From the NCBI GenBank assembly GCA_964589775.1, contig CAZPUN010000023.1:2135-66134 (forward strand): 64,000 nt of DNA. Direction: 5' to 3'. The translations under genes and the position numbers were made by a program. Source of the stretch: an uncultured archaeon (GTDB lineage Archaea > Asgardarchaeota > Thorarchaeia > Thorarchaeales > CAZPUN01). Positions 59,779 through 64,000 of this stretch are shown here, piece after piece. Numbering within the stretch: the first letter of the stretch is position 1; the number at the start of each line of letters is the position of its first letter. The notes beneath the pieces are model-generated. The model was not told the DNA's origin. It saw only the letters and a program-made list of their open reading frames with translations, and did not search any database.

Positions 59779-61308
59779 ATGTTCGAAGAATTATTCCCGG
59801 TTGAACTGCTCCCCGTACTTCCAATAATCATTCCATTAGTTGCAGCATTAATTGTAGCTCTTGTAGGGTCAATATCTCGCCGCTCATGTGTTGGTAATAT
59901 TAGAAATGCCTTAGCGGTCCTCGGCTTCATTGTTACATTATATTCTGCATATCTACTTGCAAAGCGTGTAATCGACTATGGAATACAGACCTATGTCTAT
60001 AATTCGAATGCGCCTCCTCTTGGAGTTGTATTTGTCGCAGATATGTTCTCTGTATTCCTTGTGGTTATCTTTTCACTTATGGGTACTATAGTTTCAATTT
60101 ATTCATTAGGCTATATGAAACATGATACCGGTCTAACACAATACTACACATTGCTCCTCGTACTTATTGGGGCTATGAATGGTGTTGTTCTTGTTGGAGA
60201 CTTATTCACACTATACGTATTCTATGAACTAATGTCAATTGCAAGTTACGTCTTAGTTGCCTTTAGAAAAGACAATTGGGAACCAATAGAAGCCGGATTC
60301 AAATATCTTGTAATGTCCTCTGCAGGTTCAACATTAGTGTTGCTTGCAATGAGCTACTTGTATGGTATGATGGGATCATTGAATCTTGGCTATCTTGCAA
60401 ATGCAATGCTTCACACGACACCACAACCAATCTTCTATGTGCTAATCGCTTTGATTATTGCAGGATTTGGCGTGAAAGCCGCTATTGTTCCGTTCCATTT
60501 CTGGTTGGCTGATGCTCATCCTGCAGCTCCCAGCGGTATAAGTGCATTACTTTCCGGTATTGTAATAAAAACTGGATTATACGGCATTATTCGTGTAGGT
60601 GTATTAGTATTTCCAATTGCACTTTACAACTGGCCATTATTGTTGTCAATATTTGCAGTAATTACAATAACTTCTGGAAACCTATACGCGTTAATGCAGA
60701 AAGATCTTAAGCGATTGTTAGCATTTTCAAGTGTTGCACAGATCGGTTGGATTATGTTGGCATTTGGTACTGGAACACAATTTGGTTTTGCAGCAGGTAT
60801 TTTCGGAATAGCAAATCACGCAATTGTCAAGGGACTTCTCTTCTTAAATGCTGGTGCAATTATCCATGCCATTGGTTCAAGAAAACTTGATGATATGGCC
60901 GGTCTTGGTAAGAAATCGCCCATTATTGGAGCCTTTGTTGCGATTGGATTCCTTTCACTAATGGGTGTTCCACCGATGACTGGTTTCTGGACTAAACTAT
61001 TGATGTTCTTATCTGTAGTTTCAGTAGGTGGCATATATCTAGTATTTGCAGTGATATTCCTTCTTAACGCTGCAGTGGTTGTAGTATATTATCTCAGAGT
61101 TCTATTCAAAATCTGGTTCAGTGAGCCTGCAGAAACCATGGAGATTGAAGAAGGTCCAACTAAGAGCATGATATTTGCATTGGCAGCTCTATCTCTTCTA
61201 ACAATTATTTTGGGTATCTATCCCGAGTTCCTATGGCACTTTGCAAATAGTGCAGCCAGTGCATTAACAAATCTTACCCAATACATTAATTTAGTAATGT
61301 CCCCATAA
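59779..61308 (+). CDS. NuoN/MrpD-like antiporter subunit
   Basis: 509 aa; FHFWLADAHPAAPSGISALLSG motif. Confidence 0.8.
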   Translation: MFEELFPVELLPVLPIIIPLVAALIVALVGSISRRSCVGNIRNALAVLGFIVTLYSAYLLAKRVIDYGIQTYVYNSNAPPLGVVFVADMFSVFLVVIFSLMGTIVSIYSLGYMKHDTGLTQYYTLLLVLIGAMNGVVLVGDLFTLYVFYELMSIASYVLVAFRKDNWEPIEAGFKYLVMSSAGSTLVLLAMSYLYGMMGSLNLGYLANAMLHTTPQPIFYVLIALIIAGFGVKAAIVPFHFWLADAHPAAPSGISALLSGIVIKTGLYGIIRVGVLVFPIALYNWPLLLSIFAVITITSGNLYALMQKDLKRLLAFSSVAQIGWIMLAFGTGTQFGFAAGIFGIANHAIVKGLLFLNAGAIIHAIGSRKLDDMAGLGKKSPIIGAFVAIGFLSLMGVPPMTGFWTKLLMFLSVVSVGGIYLVFAVIFLLNAAVVVVYYLRVLFKIWFSEPAETMEIEEGPTKSMIFALAALSLLTIILGIYPEFLWHFANSAASALTNLTQYINLVMSP

Positions 61309-61322
61309 CTGGGGAAAATTCT

Positions 61323-62357
61323 TTATTTTTTATTTTGTGTTTTATTGTACATATCCAGATACATTTCTATTATTTTCTTCCAAGTTTGTTGTTTTGCATA
61401 ATTAAAATTAGTCGTGCCGATCCTAAATCGCAGAGTAGGATCTTCTAATAATCTCTTGATCATTTTTGCAATTTCATTTGCATTGTTCAAAATAATGAGT
61501 TTCTCCATGGGCATTGAATATAGATAATCGCGTTTCAAATCTGAGTTATATGCTGCAATAATCGGTTTCTTTAACATTGAAGCTTCTAATATTGATAAGT
61601 ATCCATTTGCAAGAACTATTTTTCCTTTCGCCATTATTTTTTCTGGATTTGGTATTTTCCCATGTATTGTGATGGATAATTCATTTTTCTTTGCGAAGGA
61701 TTCTACAAAATGCCTTAATGTGCCATCACCAATTATATCCATTTGCACTTTGATGCTATATTTTTCTTTTAGTATCTTTAAACTTTGTAAATATAATTGT
61801 ATATCCATGTCGGGTTCTAGTCTGCCAATGAAGACTATGTCGATTTCTTCTGTAATATCTTCATTAATTGGTTCTACTGCTCCATAAGTTATATGATTAC
61901 ATCTTGTTCCATACCATTTCTGTATGTATTTACCAACACAAATGTGATCAGAGACTAGAGATTCAGTAATTTTTCGAAGTATGATTGCAGATTTTGGAAT
62001 AGGTATTCCATCAAATCCATGGAATGTTACAAAAACAGGTTTCTTAGGAAAAATAAATCTGAATGGAAAATACCAAAGTACAAAGGATGTGAAATCATGT
62101 ATTTGTATTACATCTGCCTGCCGTATTAAATTGATATTTTTCAATAAGAATAGAAATCGTGAAATCACACTTGGTCTTATTCTATATATCTTAATGCCTT
62201 TATATATCTCATAATTTTTAGCAGTTCTTTTTCTTTTTTCAGTTAAAATTGTAATTGAATGGCCTTCTTTGATAAGTTCCATTGAAATTTTTAATACATG
62301 GCGTTCGACGCCACCAATGTTTGGATAGAATGAAGGTGTAAGCATTAATATTCTCAT
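61323..62357 (-). CDS. glycosyltransferase family 4-like
   Basis: MRILMLTPSFYPNIGGVERHV N-terminus. Confidence 0.7.
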   Translation of the reverse strand: MRILMLTPSFYPNIGGVERHVLKISMELIKEGHSITILTEKRKRTAKNYEIYKGIKIYRIRPSVISRFLFLLKNINLIRQADVIQIHDFTSFVLWYFPFRFIFPKKPVFVTFHGFDGIPIPKSAIILRKITESLVSDHICVGKYIQKWYGTRCNHITYGAVEPINEDITEEIDIVFIGRLEPDMDIQLYLQSLKILKEKYSIKVQMDIIGDGTLRHFVESFAKKNELSITIHGKIPNPEKIMAKGKIVLANGYLSILEASMLKKPIIAAYNSDLKRDYLYSMPMEKLIILNNANEIAKMIKRLLEDPTLRFRIGTTNFNYAKQQTWKKIIEMYLDMYNKTQNKK

Positions 62358-62429
62358 TTTATATCACGATGATGTATAAGCATAGAATATATTAAGATAT
62401 TTATGTTCTATTGGTTCGTGGTGTTTGCT

Positions 62430-63971
62430 ATGAATTATGTTATGGCAATTGATGCGGGTACAACTGGAATTCGTACGTTGATTTTTGATGATACGGGTAA
62501 TATTCTTGGGCAAGGATACCGTGAATTTCCGAGTATCTTTCCTGAGCCATCATGGGTTGAACAGGATGCTGAATCATGGTGGCAAACGCTTGCGTATACT
62601 ACAAAAGAAGCTCTTAATAAGGCACAATTATCTCCCTCCAATATTTTAGCAATTAGTGTAACAAATCAAAGAGAAACAATTGTTCCATGTGATGAAACTG
62701 GCAAACCATTAAGAAACGCTATTGTATGGCAAGATCGGCGTACTGTTCCGCAATGTGATTGGATCAAAAAGAATATTGGAATGGATAAAATTTACTTTAC
62801 TACTGGATTGACTGTTGATCCATACTTTTCGGCTCCTAAAATTTTATGGATTAAAGAGAATGAGCCTGAAATTTATGAACGCACATACAAGTTTCTTTTA
62901 GTGCATGATTTTCTGGTTATGAAAATGAGCGGTAAATGGATAACCGACTATTCAAATGCTTCACGAACAATGTTATTCGATTTAGAAACCGGTGAATGGT
63001 CTGAAGATTTGTTAGACGCAATGGAGATACCTGCCGATAAACTTCCAACTCCAGTACCAAGTGGTGTTAAAATTGGTGAATTGACTGAAGATGCAGCAAA
63101 GCATCTTGGGCTCGTGCCTGGCATTACGATTGTCTCAGGCGGTGGAGACCAACAATGTGCAGCGTTAGGTGTTGGGGTATCTTCACCTGGAAAAGTCAAA
63201 GCTACAACTGGAACCGGAACTTTTGTTCTTGCATATCTTGATAGACCTGTACGCGATTCAAAGCTTCGTGTTCTTTGTAGTCGGCACGTGATTAAGGATA
63301 AATTTGTGATGGAAGCTAGTATATTTACTACAGGTTCTACACTTAAATGGTACCGTGATCAATTTGGTTTATCTGAAATTGAAGAAGCCAAGAAAAAGAA
63401 TGTTGATCCGTATGATATATTGACCCAAGAAGCGAGTGAAGTACCACCTGGTTCTGAAGGTGTTATTGTTTTGCCTCACTTTATGGGTGCAGGAGCACCA
63501 TATTGGAATCCTAAAGCACGTGGTGTTATCTCTGGATTGGCATTGGGGCATTCAAAGAAACACATTATTCGTGCAATACTTGAAAGTGTTGGATATGAAA
63601 TTAGAGCAAATATTGAGATTATGAAAGAGCGCGGAATAAATATCTCAGAGCTTCGTATTACTGGTGGGGCTTCTCGTTCAGATGTGTGGAATCAGATTCA
63701 AGCTGATATTGTTGGCACTAAAATCGTCAAAACAAAAGTTGAAGAAGCCACTGCTATGGGCGCAGCTATTCTTGCATTTATTGGTGCAGGTCGTTTCAGA
63801 GATGTAGAAGAAGCTACTGAACACATGATTTCTGTTGATAAACATTATATGCCTGATGAACATGCTCAGAAAATATATGATAATATGTTTCAGGCTTATA
63901 CAAAATTATACGAAGCACTATCTAATAGTGACTTTTATGAAATAATTTCCGAATATGATAAATATAATTGA
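62430..63971 (+). CDS. FGGY-family carbohydrate kinase, glycerol-kinase-like
   Basis: AIDAGTTGIR phosphate-1 motif; VWQDRRT; GGGDQQ; and C-terminal GGASRS motifs. Confidence 0.8.
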   Translation: MNYVMAIDAGTTGIRTLIFDDTGNILGQGYREFPSIFPEPSWVEQDAESWWQTLAYTTKEALNKAQLSPSNILAISVTNQRETIVPCDETGKPLRNAIVWQDRRTVPQCDWIKKNIGMDKIYFTTGLTVDPYFSAPKILWIKENEPEIYERTYKFLLVHDFLVMKMSGKWITDYSNASRTMLFDLETGEWSEDLLDAMEIPADKLPTPVPSGVKIGELTEDAAKHLGLVPGITIVSGGGDQQCAALGVGVSSPGKVKATTGTGTFVLAYLDRPVRDSKLRVLCSRHVIKDKFVMEASIFTTGSTLKWYRDQFGLSEIEEAKKKNVDPYDILTQEASEVPPGSEGVIVLPHFMGAGAPYWNPKARGVISGLALGHSKKHIIRAILESVGYEIRANIEIMKERGINISELRITGGASRSDVWNQIQADIVGTKIVKTKVEEATAMGAAILAFIGAGRFRDVEEATEHMISVDKHYMPDEHAQKIYDNMFQAYTKLYEALSNSDFYEIISEYDKYN

Positions 63972-64000
63972 GGAAGTCTTGTACTTCCTCTTATTTTGCG
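63972..64000 (+). terminator. hairpin plus T-tract terminator
   Basis: ggaagtcttgtacttcc followed by tcttattttg. Confidence 0.35.

Overview
This is a low-GC (about 35-40% by eye) archaeal chromosomal segment. The archaeal assignment rests on TFB, an archaeal-type LeuRS, GGGP synthase, aSUI1, an RpoP-like zinc ribbon, the tRNA-splicing endonuclease EndA, and a 16S rRNA gene that is GC-rich (roughly 55-60% by eye) and not followed by a 23S. The window holds about 75 features.

The most notable content is three complex-I-related loci. Locus 1 (1.6-12.9 kb) is a complete 11-subunit Nuo-type set (nuoA J K B C D H I L M N) plus one extra M/N-like subunit, with nuoA divergent and J-K moved to the front. 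Locus 2 (26.1-28.8 kb) is a partial module of NuoA-, B-, C-, H- and I-like genes with no NuoD-like catalytic subunit; its small subunit has hydrogenase-type cysteine ligands. Locus 3 (55.4-61.3 kb) is an Mrp/Mbh-like membrane antiporter module (two small NuoJ-like pieces, a NuoK-like gene, a NuoL-like gene and two NuoM/N-like genes) embedded in a glycosyltransferase island. An orphan hypC sits at 49.4 kb.

The rest is translation and housekeeping: pyrH, leuS, map, SUI1, an RpoP-like gene, a Nop2/Sun methyltransferase with a Nip7-like PUA protein, endA, uppP, a Get3/ArsA-family ATPase, ABC-2 transporter genes, and several clusters of uncharacterised small proteins. Two tRNAs, Leu(CAA) and Ala(CGC), appear to carry introns at non-canonical positions. 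The 16S rRNA has a compensatory CUAG/CUAG variant of its universally conserved 5'-terminal helix.

No CRISPR array and no obvious mobile element were seen.
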